Positions 54,831 to 63,966 are shown, counted from the first letter of the stretch. The stretch: DNA of 64,000 nt from an uncultured virus (IMG/VR IMGVR_UViG_3300021142_000017) (IMGVR_UViG_3300021142_000017); one strand, 5' to 3'. Program-made: numbers and translations. Notes: generated by a model from the letters alone, not told the origin.

Positions 54831-55063
54831 TTAACCATACCCCTTTTGAGTAGATTGTGCTGCTGCTTTCTTTTACAGGATGAGCAAGTGTCCTGACTAA
54901 ACATAGATTGTACTGGGTCTATGATGGTTCCGCATGAAGTACAGCTGTTTTCGCCATTATAAACAGTACGGTTTAATTCTCTTTGTGTGCTTAGCGCGAC
55001 GTCTTCTGCGCCAGCCATGCCTTCACCCGTTGAATCAGTAAATAGCCCTGGGTCGTTGCGCAT
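54827..55063 (-). CDS. Zn-finger protein
   Basis: CTSC...CSSC. Confidence 0.65.
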   Translation of the reverse strand: MRNDPGLFTDSTGEGMAGAEDVALSTQRELNRTVYNGENSCTSCGTIIDPVQSMFSQDTCSSCKRKQQHNLLKRGMVK

Positions 55064-55209
55064 TATTTGCCCTCATCCATTTCAGCACGAGCATTTAGGT
55101 CTTCAGCACCATTTTCTGAAGATTCATATTTTTTATAAAAGGATTCCATTTTTTTAGCAAAGTTTGAGACACCTTTGCCATTATTAAAATCGGCGTTATT
55201 GCGTCCCAT
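55063..55209 (-). CDS. Small protein (48 aa)
   Basis: MGRNNADFNNGKG...; TAATG overlaps at both ends. Confidence 0.55.
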   Translation of the reverse strand: MGRNNADFNNGKGVSNFAKKMESFYKKYESSENGAEDLNARAEMDEGK

Positions 55210-55586
55210 TAAATGGACCCTCCTAATGAGTTAGTGCTGGTCGATTCCTGCGTATTAGGGGTCTGGCTGAAGTCAGACTCTACACGCTGGCTTGTTGCAG
55301 CTCTGTTTGGTAACTCTACTATATCTTCAATGCCAATTTCTTGGTCGGTGTATCCATAGCGAGCAGGGAATAATTTTATCTGTGGCATAGGTGGTCGTAC
55401 AAATTCACGAATCTCATCCGCGCTCATGCTCCAAGCTGCAGTAGATTGGCTGATTAGGCGCTCTTTGTTGCTTTGGAAAGGTCCAATGTACTCTTGTGGA
55501 GGGTAAGCGGCTTCAGTAGGTGCAACCCATGGACGACGATTGTAAACGCCATCTGCAAAGCGGCCTCCGCTAGTTGCCTCAGCCAT
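55209..55586 (-). CDS. Hypothetical protein
   Basis: Pro-rich coupled ORF. Confidence 0.65.
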   Translation of the reverse strand: MAEATSGGRFADGVYNRRPWVAPTEAAYPPQEYIGPFQSNKERLISQSTAAWSMSADEIREFVRPPMPQIKLFPARYGYTDQEIGIEDIVELPNRAATSQRVESDFSQTPNTQESTSTNSLGGSI

Positions 55587-56120
55587 TTACTTCCAACCTG
55601 GACGCATGCGAGCCATTTGGTCTACACGCCTCTTGTCTAATGACATTGGGGATGTGCTGCGCATATTAGCTTTACCATCATTTGGTAGATGTGGCGCAGG
55701 CATAGCCATTGCGTCTTCTACATTGCGCTTACTGCGGTAAACGTTTCCATCTTTAACAGCTTTCATTTGGCGCGCAATACCTCGCATGTTATCCAAACCC
55801 TCTGGATAATAATAATCTTGTACATCAATGCGCTCACCACGGTGAATACCACGTTGATATGAACGCTGACCAATACGTACTTTTAATCCATTTAATACAC
55901 GGTCTGATGAGTATGAGTCGCGCCCTTTATCATCACGGCGTGAGCGAATAGTTCCTAGGTAGCCGTCAGGATATTCTGCTTGAGGTGTGCGACCAACACC
56001 AATGCGTAGAAAATCAAGTTCAGAACGAGCAACAGGTTGACCACCACCACCGTAAACGGTGTTAGTGCCATACATGCTACCCGCACCAAGATTTTGAATG
56101 TTTTGGTGGTTATTGGCCAT
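55587..56120 (-). CDS. Hypothetical basic protein
   Basis: AEYPDGYLGTIRSRRDD...SYQRG.H.GERID; leaderless start. Confidence 0.7.
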   Translation of the reverse strand: MANNHQNIQNLGAGSMYGTNTVYGGGGQPVARSELDFLRIGVGRTPQAEYPDGYLGTIRSRRDDKGRDSYSSDRVLNGLKVRIGQRSYQRGIHRGERIDVQDYYYPEGLDNMRGIARQMKAVKDGNVYRSKRNVEDAMAMPAPHLPNDGKANMRSTSPMSLDKRRVDQMARMRPGWK

Positions 56121-56143
56121 AGGACTATGGTACGCCTATTTAA

Positions 56144-57160
56144 TTACAGACTGGACTTAAACTCTTTACCCTCGTAAACAGCCCATTTATCCATGATATG
56201 AATAGGTTGCAAGGTGAAATGACCATCGTCATGTACCCAACCAATCATGATTCCCTGTTGCCAATCTTCCCAATGCTTAACAGGGCGCCCGTTATCATTA
56301 AGACCAGAACCATAAGATGGAACAGCTCCGTCTACACGGCATAGGCATCCAGGACTAGCAGAAACAGACCTGATAGGACCATCACCATTAGCAACGGTTT
56401 TATATTGTAGTTCTTGTCTGTGTGCGTGCCCAAATACCGTTGATACATGAGGGTTCTTATTCACATATGCGCTGGCGGTAGAACCATTGCTACGTACAGT
56501 AGTTCCGTGGATAGCGCGAAGGTGTGGGGTAATCCAATACTCACCAGCAGGATAGGCGCCTACGTAATTAACGCCAAGTTCATCAAGGCGTAATAGGTAC
56601 TGGACAGACATTACTGGCCACTCATCAGGTGTTGAGTTAGCCCGCTTAATACCTTTTGATGCCATCGCGTTCATAACAACATACTTCTGCATACGGCAAT
56701 CATGGTTACCCTCTAATAAAGTAATTTTTGCAGTTGGGCATGTGGCACGTTGCTTAGCCAATAGTGCGTGACCATAGTCAAGGGCTGGTTGGACTGTATG
56801 CGCAAACATTTCTTCCTGTGCATACTTACCCATTGTTGGAAGGTCTAGGTAGTCACCTAGGTGAACAATCTCATCTACGCCATAACGCTTTTCTAAATAG
56901 GCAAGAAGCTGGAAGTGAACATCGATAGCAGCCTCATCATGAAATGGGTCCAGTGTCCCGTCTTCATATTTACGGTACCCAATCTGTGGGTCTGGAACAA
57001 ATACAAATAACTTAAATCCGCCTTTGCTTGCTTGGCGCTCTTTATATTCTGCTGGCTTTATAACAGTCGGCTTTGCTTGTTGAATTGGTGGCCAAGCCCA
57101 ATCAACATTAGGAACATCTTTTGCTGCGTTATTTAAAACATCTAAAAAATCTATCGGCAT
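56144..57160 (-). CDS. Calcineurin-like metallophosphoesterase
   Basis: DPQ, GDYLD, GNHD, HG and GHAH motifs. Confidence 0.88.
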   Translation of the reverse strand: MPIDFLDVLNNAAKDVPNVDWAWPPIQQAKPTVIKPAEYKERQASKGGFKLFVFVPDPQIGYRKYEDGTLDPFHDEAAIDVHFQLLAYLEKRYGVDEIVHLGDYLDLPTMGKYAQEEMFAHTVQPALDYGHALLAKQRATCPTAKITLLEGNHDCRMQKYVVMNAMASKGIKRANSTPDEWPVMSVQYLLRLDELGVNYVGAYPAGEYWITPHLRAIHGTTVRSNGSTASAYVNKNPHVSTVFGHAHRQELQYKTVANGDGPIRSVSASPGCLCRVDGAVPSYGSGLNDNGRPVKHWEDWQQGIMIGWVHDDGHFTLQPIHIMDKWAVYEGKEFKSSL

Positions 57161-57381
57161 GCGCAGTAACCTCTCATATGGGACCGAAAGGCTGTTAGCC
57201 TAAAAGGTAGTTTTGTATCGGTATTTAAATCTTTAAATAATTTTCCAACATTAATATTGGCATTATTTTCTTTTAATTTTGCAAGGGCCTCTTGCTCTTT
57301 AGGGTTTAAATTTTGTTCCCATTTACCTACAACGCAGGCCTCTTTAGGCTGAGTTAGATACTGCTCTAATACTTCAATCAT
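57151..57381 (-). CDS. Small Cys/His protein
   Basis: C.V...H..G.C.C; GGAG RBS. Confidence 0.65.
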   Translation of the reverse strand: MIEVLEQYLTQPKEACVVGKWEQNLNPKEQEALAKLKENNANINVGKLFKDLNTDTKLPFRLTAFRSHMRGYCACR

Positions 57382-57448
57382 GTCTTCTCCCTGTTGTCAT
57401 CGTGACGCAACGGGTGAAAGACTACCACACAAATTAGGACAAAGCATT

Positions 57449-57478
57449 AAAAAACCCCCGCTGTGAGGGCGGGGGTTT
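57449..57478 (-). terminator. Intrinsic terminator
   Basis: AAACCCCCGC...GCGGGGGTTT with an A-run on the plus strand. Confidence 0.75.
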
Positions 57479-57492
57479 AGTGGCTTACTTTT

Positions 57493-57825
57493 TTATTCAG
57501 CCATGCCTGACTTAAAGCTTGGAGCCTGTGACTTCATAGCTGAAGGAAGGATTCGTCCATTAGCCTGAGTCGCGCCAGCTTCTGGAGCTGTGCTCTTTTG
57601 GAACTTAACTCGAATGCCGTAACGTGCTCCAGCGTGTCCTGCATCTGGGCTTGTTACATGCTTAGGTGATGGCTTAGCCATCTTGGTTGGGTCGCCAGCT
57701 TGAGCACCTTTCTTTTTCATCAACTTAGTGTTGGCTGAAGGTGCGGCTGAAGCGTTATCGAACTTTACACTCTTGACGCTTGCATCAGCAGGCGCAATGT
57801 GCTTATTGCTCTTGGCTTTTTCCAT
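57493..57825 (-). CDS. Lys/Ala-rich protein
   Basis: AAGGA RBS, own late-type promoter and terminator. Confidence 0.65.
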   Translation of the reverse strand: MEKAKSNKHIAPADASVKSVKFDNASAAPSANTKLMKKKGAQAGDPTKMAKPSPKHVTSPDAGHAGARYGIRVKFQKSTAPEAGATQANGRILPSAMKSQAPSFKSGMAE

Positions 57826-57854
57826 TAGTTTTCCTTTGCAAAGGGGGTTAAATA

Positions 57855-57889
57855 AATGTACGGTACTTACTAAATAAATACAGGCTTAA
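57855..57889 (-). promoter_or_regulatory. Putative late promoter
   Basis: TTAAG-CCTGTA-18 nt-TACATT. Confidence 0.4.
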
Positions 57890-58164
57890 TTGGCTTTAAC
57901 ATCAAATACAATGGCAGAAATTTGTCCGTCATGGCTTTCGATTGTTGAAAACCCTGGAACGCATACAAGGTCTAAGCCTCTTGGTGCGGTGTATCCACGG
58001 GCTATAGCAATGGCTTTAACGGCCTGATTTACTGCCCCTGCACCTACAGCACGAATCTTGGCTGTTCGGGTCTCATAGACGCTGTGAGCGATTGCTGAGG
58101 CTACAGCTTGAGGGTTTGAACCAGCTCCTACACGTAGGATGCCGTCATCTTTTTGTTCTGTCAA
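57886..58164 (-). CDS. spoVS: SpoVS-family (Alba-like fold) protein
   Basis: LRV...SNP.AVA.AIA...AVGAGAVNQAVKAIAIARGY...DL...PGF; TTG start with AAGGAG RBS. Confidence 0.88.
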   Translation of the reverse strand: MTEQKDDGILRVGAGSNPQAVASAIAHSVYETRTAKIRAVGAGAVNQAVKAIAIARGYTAPRGLDLVCVPGFSTIESHDGQISAIVFDVKAN

Positions 58165-58209
58165 TTTATGCTCCTTGGGATTACGAATTGTGGTTCCCCG
58201 TGGAATAAA

Positions 58210-58608
58210 TTATGAAGGCTTGCTCATATTCAGTCTGTTCAAAACCTTATCCAAATACATATGGCAAGGGGTGCACCTTGGCTCATAATGCTCTAAATGA
58301 AGGCAATAAGGATTTAGATTTGGTCTGTTTTTTCTGCCTTTTCCGTACAAAACGTCCTCACAATAGTAGTTATGAGTCCAATCATTTGCGGGTTTGTTGC
58401 AGTCTATACATGGGTAATTAGAGGCTGAACCTTTTGCAAGTCTTACTCTGCTGTGCATGCCCCAATAGCTTACAGTCTGCATCCTTGGCCTACCCTTATT
58501 TGGGTTTCTATTTTCTACAGGTTGTAGTTTCCACCAAGCCTGGTAATGAGCATTACACATAGACCTTGCTGTAACTTTTGTAGTACAACCATCAATAAAA
58601 CAAGTCAT
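58210..58608 (-). CDS. HNH-like Zn-binding protein
   Basis: C...GC...C..HY; H.RV...G.AS...C..C...DW...Y.PRC..CH..D. Confidence 0.65.
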   Translation of the reverse strand: MTCFIDGCTTKVTARSMCNAHYQAWWKLQPVENRNPNKGRPRMQTVSYWGMHSRVRLAKGSASNYPCIDCNKPANDWTHNYYCEDVLYGKGRKNRPNLNPYCLHLEHYEPRCTPCHMYLDKVLNRLNMSKPS

Positions 58609-58817
58609 GGTCTATCCAAAGGGGTTGGCGCTTTGGCGTAAGTGCCGCAGGATGAGCACTCCATATCTAGAAAATATGTCGACATTTTATAGTCATCAAA
58701 AGACGCTTTTACATTCCATACAAATGATTCACAAACTGGGCAGATGTGGTGGACCTCATTGGCATGGTCCATCGTGCCTGTGTAATCAGGCTTTAGCTGT
58801 CGGATAGGCCTGCTCAT
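58605..58817 (-). CDS. Zn-ribbon protein
   Basis: HICPVC...MECSSCG...APTP.D. Confidence 0.7.
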   Translation of the reverse strand: MSRPIRQLKPDYTGTMDHANEVHHICPVCESFVWNVKASFDDYKMSTYFLDMECSSCGTYAKAPTPLDRP

Positions 58818-59028
58818 GAAGCTTGTCCAATGCTGCTCGTTGTTCGGCCATCATCTTTTCTATCTGCTCTATCTCTTCTGGAGATAGGGTATCTTTTTGG
58901 TCTTGGTATAACTTAACACCAGTCTCAAAGTTTTGTTCTAACATGTGTAATTGTAAACGACGGCGCTCTGCAACAAAGTCTTCTGATTCGGATATGCGTT
59001 GTGCTTTTTTATCCTGTGTTTTACTCAT
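58786..59028 (-). CDS. Coiled-coil hypothetical protein
   Basis: ATGA overlap. Confidence 0.6.
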   Translation of the reverse strand: MSKTQDKKAQRISESEDFVAERRRLQLHMLEQNFETGVKLYQDQKDTLSPEEIEQIEKMMAEQRAALDKLHEQAYPTAKA

Positions 59029-59198
59029 TTACAACTCCAACAGTAGTTAGTGGTTCTGCGTTCAGATTTGGCCATTCCATATACAGTAGAACAACGAGCA
59101 CAACGAGCAAGGCATTCGTTTGAGGAAATAATATGTGGAAGTGGCCAATCTAAAGGCTGACCTTTCCAAACTTTACTTAAAGTGTTTAGTAAACCCAT
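59025..59198 (-). CDS. Small Zn-finger protein (57 aa)
   Basis: MGLLNTLSK...CARC...CWSCK; coupled. Confidence 0.55.
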   Translation of the reverse strand: MGLLNTLSKVWKGQPLDWPLPHIISSNECLARCARCSTVYGMAKSERRTTNYCWSCK

Positions 59199-59341
59199 TA
59201 GTGCAACGGCTTTACTTTAACGTAACCAGTTTTTTTACGATTCATAGAGCCTGGCTTTTTAAAACCTGAACCTTTAGGCATATTTTCAATACGCTTTTCA
59301 AGTGCAGCTTTAATTTTCATTTGATTCTTATGTGCTCCCAT
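59198..59341 (-). CDS. Small basic protein (47 aa)
   Basis: MGAHKNQMKIK...GFKKPGSMN; TAATG overlaps. Confidence 0.55.
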   Translation of the reverse strand: MGAHKNQMKIKAALEKRIENMPKGSGFKKPGSMNRKKTGYVKVKPLH

Positions 59342-59508
59342 TATTTTCCTCCCCAACCGCCACCTTTAAAGTGTGCTGGTGTTGCTGTCCATACTCTAGA
59401 CATGTAAGACTGGCAAGAAGTGCAACTAGGACTACTCTCCTCATCAAAGGCTCTAGTAATCTCTACCACGGTGCTGCACTTCTCACACTTATAATCGTAA
59501 CTAGGCAT
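59341..59508 (-). CDS. FmdB-like Zn-ribbon protein (55 aa)
   Basis: MPSYDYKCEKC...CTSC...MSRVW...FKGGGW. Confidence 0.75.
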   Translation of the reverse strand: MPSYDYKCEKCSTVVEITRAFDEESSPSCTSCQSYMSRVWTATPAHFKGGGWGGK

Positions 59509-60052
59509 ACTTTAACTGTTCCACTTCAATAAAAGGTCCAGATGTATAAACGTCTAGCTTCTCAGCTATTTGAAGGGATTCTAGTACGCTTGAGCCAGCA
59601 TGTAAAGCCCCTAGGGCATATGCCGCTCCGTTGCCTACTGCATATAGACCATCTTCAGTACGGCATACAGATAGGTCGTCGGCTATGTCAAAGACCTCCC
59701 CATTGACAGCAACAAGGAAGTGAAACCTAGGGCCACTATCTTCTTTTTCTTGAGCTTCATCAAAATTATAACCGTTGGCTTTAAGCGCCTCTCTTAAAGA
59801 AGGCATCACTTTGGTAATCATAAAATGATATGTGTTCTTTTTATCCCCAGCTGTAGGGGCAGGTGGCTTCCATATATGCTGGGCCACGTCGCAAGGTTGA
59901 ACCTCACCACTTCCAGCCACTAAAAACGCACCGCGTTCACTTATCTTTGCCATATCTACATGCCTATAAATGCGCCCAGAACCGTCTGTAACCTGGTTAT
60001 CAGCGGCTAGAACACATCGGTCCTCATATTGGACAGCAACTATAGTGGTCAT
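59501..60052 (-). CDS. HslV/proteasome-beta-like Ntn-hydrolase (Thr protease)
   Basis: N-terminal MTTIVAV, AADNQ, KI, AGSG, AVGNG..YALGAL, D.YT. Confidence 0.8.
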   Translation of the reverse strand: MTTIVAVQYEDRCVLAADNQVTDGSGRIYRHVDMAKISERGAFLVAGSGEVQPCDVAQHIWKPPAPTAGDKKNTYHFMITKVMPSLREALKANGYNFDEAQEKEDSGPRFHFLVAVNGEVFDIADDLSVCRTEDGLYAVGNGAAYALGALHAGSSVLESLQIAEKLDVYTSGPFIEVEQLKYA

Positions 60053-60589
60053 CTATCGCTCTCTGAACTTGGGGTCTTGAAGTTTATCATAGACCTCTTT
60101 CTCGTATCCCAGTGTATATGCACCTGAAACTAGGTGGGCTAGGGCATAGGAGTCAGCGGCGTTGTCATCTGTAATGTCTACATTCCATTTCTTATATACA
60201 TAAAGCAACATCTGGCTTTTAGGCACCCCATTACCCTTACCTGTGACGTACTTCTTAAGGTTGGTAGGTGGGACTATAAGTGGGTAAATGCCAAAGTCTA
60301 AAAGTGTGAGCTTAACCATTCCGCCCAGCTCACCAAGCATATTAGCCATCTGGGAACCAAAGGCATAGCCTTCCATAGCCACGTCTTCAATCTGGTCAAA
60401 TTGATGTAACCAGTTCATGGTGTGCGCTTGAATATCACGCAGACGGTCTATTCCATGTTTATCAGATTTATAAACTTCTGAATAAAAATCTTCACCTTGA
60501 ATAGCTGTAATGGCAAACCCTGTATAGGACTGGTCTATACCTAAGTAAACAGGTTTAGTGGCATCAACGCCACCGCCAAACACCTTCAT
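60053..60589 (-). CDS. ruvC: RuvC-like Holliday junction resolvase
   Basis: LGIDQS..G, MEGY, LKKYVTGKGN..K, DNAADS. Confidence 0.85.
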   Translation of the reverse strand: MKVFGGGVDATKPVYLGIDQSYTGFAITAIQGEDFYSEVYKSDKHGIDRLRDIQAHTMNWLHQFDQIEDVAMEGYAFGSQMANMLGELGGMVKLTLLDFGIYPLIVPPTNLKKYVTGKGNGVPKSQMLLYVYKKWNVDITDDNAADSYALAHLVSGAYTLGYEKEVYDKLQDPKFRER

Positions 60590-61065
60590 TAGAATCTATT
60601 TCTATTAGCTGAAGTTCTACGAGTTAGCTCACGACTTGTAAGATTGTAATAACGCTCCAGGTTATCCTGCATGGTCTCTAGCATCTTACGATATGCGTAT
60701 GTGTGCATCTTTGCCAAGTTAAGGCTTTCAATCTCAGGGTCTGTAATAACAGCAGACTTAAGCATGGTGGCTTTTTCTGTGCTTTTGCCATTGCTTTTAC
60801 TTAACAAGGCTTTAGCCTCAGCCGTTGTATAAATGTTCTCAGCTTCCATTTCTGCAAGCGCAGCAAGGGCAACCTGTGTACGAATAAAATTGTAGTTCTC
60901 CATGTACTTTGTAGCTAATATCATTAGCTCTTGGTCATCAACAGCTGTGATGTCTACGGGAAACTTAGGAACATCAATATCTAGATTTTTTCTAAGTGGT
61001 AATCCTTGAGCCTCTAATATAGATAGAACGCTCTTACCTACACCTTGTGCTACTAACTCAGTCAT
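60589..61065 (-). CDS. Helical protein in the recombination module (UvsY-like by context)
   Basis: Long helices, SRELTRR; near recA. Confidence 0.55.
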   Translation of the reverse strand: MTELVAQGVGKSVLSILEAQGLPLRKNLDIDVPKFPVDITAVDDQELMILATKYMENYNFIRTQVALAALAEMEAENIYTTAEAKALLSKSNGKSTEKATMLKSAVITDPEIESLNLAKMHTYAYRKMLETMQDNLERYYNLTSRELTRRTSANRNRF

Positions 61066-61900
61066 TGTACCCCTTACATTTAGCGCAACCGTTTGGACCT
61101 ATATTACACCGCGGAGGCGTTTTAGCTTTAATAGCATCGCATATCATTTGAGCCGCTTCAAATATGTGGTCAGTTCCAAAGTTGCTCTTTGGTACTACAA
61201 ACTCTTTTACCTCTTGATTTGGCTTTGCCTCGTAAATAAGAACCGCCTCCTGAGGCACGTTCTCATAACCTAGAAGTTCTGCTAAGCGCATATAAACTTG
61301 AACTTGAGATATGTGTTTCATAAATGGAGCATCCAAAGCTTTCCAAGCCTTATCAAAATTATTGTCGTTATCCATAAGAAGCTCTGGGGCTTCCCATCGT
61401 AAGGTACCTACTCCAATAGATTTAATCTCAAGCATTAATGGGTCACCAAGACCTACTAACCAACCATCTGCATGTCCTGATATGCGCAATGGCTCATAAT
61501 ACAAAGGCACTTCACGGTATTCAAGTGGGCCATCGTGACAATCTGAACCGCCCCAAAACATCTCTTCACAGTCCTGGCAAAACCATTTGCCATACATAAC
61601 GTTCATCTCATAAAACCACTGCTGCCATTTAGCGTGGATAGCATGTCCTTCTGCAAATACTGTTTCTAAACGCATACTTGTTTTGCGCGTTTCAATTACT
61701 GGTAGACCAGTTAACTGAAAGTATGATGCTCTATGGCACCAATCGGCACTTACCATTTCTGATGGATGTAGAACATCTGTTCTACGTGATAAATCTTTGG
61801 GACGAGATAATAAGTGGCGTTCTACAGAGCCAAGAACTCTAGTATTTTTCTTACCTATATCTACAAATTTCTTTAAGGCTCCGTTGGGCTTAATTGTCAT
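61058..61900 (-). CDS. Cas4-like PD-(D/E)XK exonuclease
   Basis: HPS...C.R, G..IH, GHADG...LEIKS, Q...Y, terminal Cys cluster; leaderless start. Confidence 0.82.
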   Translation of the reverse strand: MTIKPNGALKKFVDIGKKNTRVLGSVERHLLSRPKDLSRRTDVLHPSEMVSADWCHRASYFQLTGLPVIETRKTSMRLETVFAEGHAIHAKWQQWFYEMNVMYGKWFCQDCEEMFWGGSDCHDGPLEYREVPLYYEPLRISGHADGWLVGLGDPLMLEIKSIGVGTLRWEAPELLMDNDNNFDKAWKALDAPFMKHISQVQVYMRLAELLGYENVPQEAVLIYEAKPNQEVKEFVVPKSNFGTDHIFEAAQMICDAIKAKTPPRCNIGPNGCAKCKGYND

Positions 61901-61912
61901 AGGAGTAACCTA

Positions 61913-62230
61913 TCATGAATTGTGGATAGTTACCCATTCCTCAAGTGTTTTGCCAGCTTTACTAGCTTTACGTTTAAGCGCGTTACGCTCACGGTGGCTC
62001 ATGCCGCCCCATATACCGTGCTGTTCATCCATAGACTCTGCGTACAATAAACATTCTTTACGCACTGGACATTCTGGTAAACCGTCTTTGCCGTAACAGA
62101 CAGCCTTAGATACCTCTGCTATAGCTCTATATTTAGATTTGTCTCTTGGTGGATACCAAAGTTCGGTGTCCATTCCTTGGCATTTGGCGTCATATCGCCA
62201 GCCTTCTTTGTGTCCGACATCGTCGTACAT
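61913..62230 (-). CDS. whiB: WhiB-family Fe-S transcription factor
   Basis: W...AKC...VC-x8-CPV..EC...GIWGGMS.RER. Confidence 0.9.
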   Translation of the reverse strand: MYDDVGHKEGWRYDAKCQGMDTELWYPPRDKSKYRAIAEVSKAVCYGKDGLPECPVRKECLLYAESMDEQHGIWGGMSHRERNALKRKASKAGKTLEEWVTIHNS

Positions 62231-62547
62231 GTATGCTCCTGAAGAGTATGGAGCAGTTCAAGAAAATCATCTTCAGTCAACATAACGTAATTTTCATTAT
62301 TTAAACTGAAACCGAGGACAGGTGTCCGACTATCAAGAATCGCTTCTTTAACAATCTTTTCCAAAACCGCCGCTTTAACGGTAAAGGAAGCTTTGCCCGT
62401 CCACTTGTGTTCAATTAAATAATCACTGGAACGAACATCACCTTTACGATTCCAAAAGGCTCCGCTGGCTGCTGTGCGCTTACCATCAAATACTTTTGCT
62501 AATCGTGCCTCGTGCTTCTGAGACTCTTTCTGACCCTTACTCTTCAT
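62119..62547 (-). CDS. PD-(D/E)XK resolvase-like nuclease
   Basis: E.RLAK...SGA...KGDV...IEHK; C-terminus overlaps whiB by 112 nt. Confidence 0.75.
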   Translation of the reverse strand: MKSKGQKESQKHEARLAKVFDGKRTAASGAFWNRKGDVRSSDYLIEHKWTGKASFTVKAAVLEKIVKEAILDSRTPVLGFSLNNENYVMLTEDDFLELLHTLQEHTCTTMSDTKKAGDMTPNAKEWTPNFGIHQETNLNIEL

Positions 62548-63580
62548 ACGCAAACTTAGACCCAGCTTTAATGGAGTCTAATACGTCCCGTTCAAGGGCC
62601 TCTTTTAAGTCAATCTCTTCCCGTATTGAGATAAGCATAGCATCACTGCCTTGCCATTGTCTATCGGCGTACCGATAGTAAGCACCAGCTCTTACAATAA
62701 CTTTATTGACAATGCCAATAGATAGTATCTCTTTAGCAAAATCAAACTGACCTGCTAAATCTCCTGAGAAATAGAAGTCAACTACCGCTGTAGTAGATGG
62801 TGGGGCTGACTTATTCTTTAATACACGGACCTTAATAGACTGACCAATACGGCGTTTTTCTTGACCAGAACCCTCTTCTAACCAATCATCTCGCTTTACC
62901 TCTATACGGCAAAAGAAGGCATAGTCCTTGCCTAATCCACCTGGGGTAGTGCGTGGGTCTCCATACATAACGCCAATCTTTGAGCGCCATTGGTTGATAA
63001 TTATGCCGATAAATGGCCTTTCGTATTCTGTCAATGAGCGCTTAGAAGCTAAACCCACCTTACGAAAGAACTTATTAGTTAAAAGGGCTGAACGTCCTAC
63101 CGTTGACTCTTCCATTTCTTTATCGTTCTCTGATGTTGGAACCAGAGCAGGAAGTGAATCAACAACGATACAATCAACAGCCTTGCTTTCCACGATTTGA
63201 ATGACTGCTTCATAGGCTTCTTCCATTATATTAGTTGATACTACATAGACTCGTGAAGTGTCTACGCCACACATTTCTGCGTACTTAGGCACCCATTGTT
63301 CTGCAGCAACCCACACGGTTGTAAAATCTGGGTTCTTTGCTTGATTAGCTGCAATAGTTTTAAGCGCTAGTGCTGTCTTGCCATTACTAGCTTCACCGAT
63401 AATTTCATGCCATTGATTAATTGGCCATCCACCGCCAAGAGCCACATCAACAGCAACTGAACCTGTTGTTAATCTATCTAAAATGTCTTCTCTAATATCT
63501 GAACCTAAAATAATAGTATCCGCGCCCATTTTTTTATTGATAGCGCTAAATACTTTTGCTAAATCTCCTGTTATTGCCAT
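62537..63580 (-). CDS. recA: RecA recombinase
   Basis: TTGS..VD.ALGGG.P, Walker A GEASNGKT, IVVDS..ALVP, INQ.R.KIGVMYGDP.TTPGG, KNK; start at MAITGD by TAATG overlap. Confidence 0.92.
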   Translation of the reverse strand: MAITGDLAKVFSAINKKMGADTIILGSDIREDILDRLTTGSVAVDVALGGGWPINQWHEIIGEASNGKTALALKTIAANQAKNPDFTTVWVAAEQWVPKYAEMCGVDTSRVYVVSTNIMEEAYEAVIQIVESKAVDCIVVDSLPALVPTSENDKEMEESTVGRSALLTNKFFRKVGLASKRSLTEYERPFIGIIINQWRSKIGVMYGDPRTTPGGLGKDYAFFCRIEVKRDDWLEEGSGQEKRRIGQSIKVRVLKNKSAPPSTTAVVDFYFSGDLAGQFDFAKEILSIGIVNKVIVRAGAYYRYADRQWQGSDAMLISIREEIDLKEALERDVLDSIKAGSKFAYEE

Positions 63581-63966
63581 TAAATGTGTCCAATGATTCC
63601 TTGTGGATTCCATCCACCTGTGGCAACTTGTTTTGCTGGAATAGCTGGGCCACCTGTTGCTTGTGGACCTGCTGCACCCATTCCACTACCTGATTGAACC
63701 AATGGATAACCGCAGTCATAGCAACGCGCTTTTGACTCAGGTGCCATTGGAGACCTGCCGTAATTTTTACTTCCACAACCTGGGCATGTTGAAGATTCTA
63801 TTGAAGCAACTGGGCGCGCAGTTGATTGCACTTGTGGTTCTTGCATCAATTCATGCGCTGGGGTTTGATGTTGCATAGGGGCCTGTTGTGTAGGCTGTTG
63901 GTAATTAGGTTGTTGAGGCGCTGGTGCACCCATCTTCTTAGCAAACCAATCTGCACTATTCGCCAT
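63580..63966 (-). CDS. Gln/Pro-rich Zn-finger protein
   Basis: CPGC...RCYDCGYP. Confidence 0.7.
   Translation of the reverse strand: MANSADWFAKKMGAPAPQQPNYQQPTQQAPMQHQTPAHELMQEPQVQSTARPVASIESSTCPGCGSKNYGRSPMAPESKARCYDCGYPLVQSGSGMGAAGPQATGGPAIPAKQVATGGWNPQGIIGHI

Noticed and set aside
61058..61900. Cas4-like gene as evidence of CRISPR-Cas
   Set aside because: Solo Cas4-like nucleases are common in phage recombination modules; no other cas genes or array
62119..62230. 112-nt resolvase/whiB overlap as programmed recoding
   Set aside because: No slippery site recognised; simplest explanation is a C-terminal extension after stop loss
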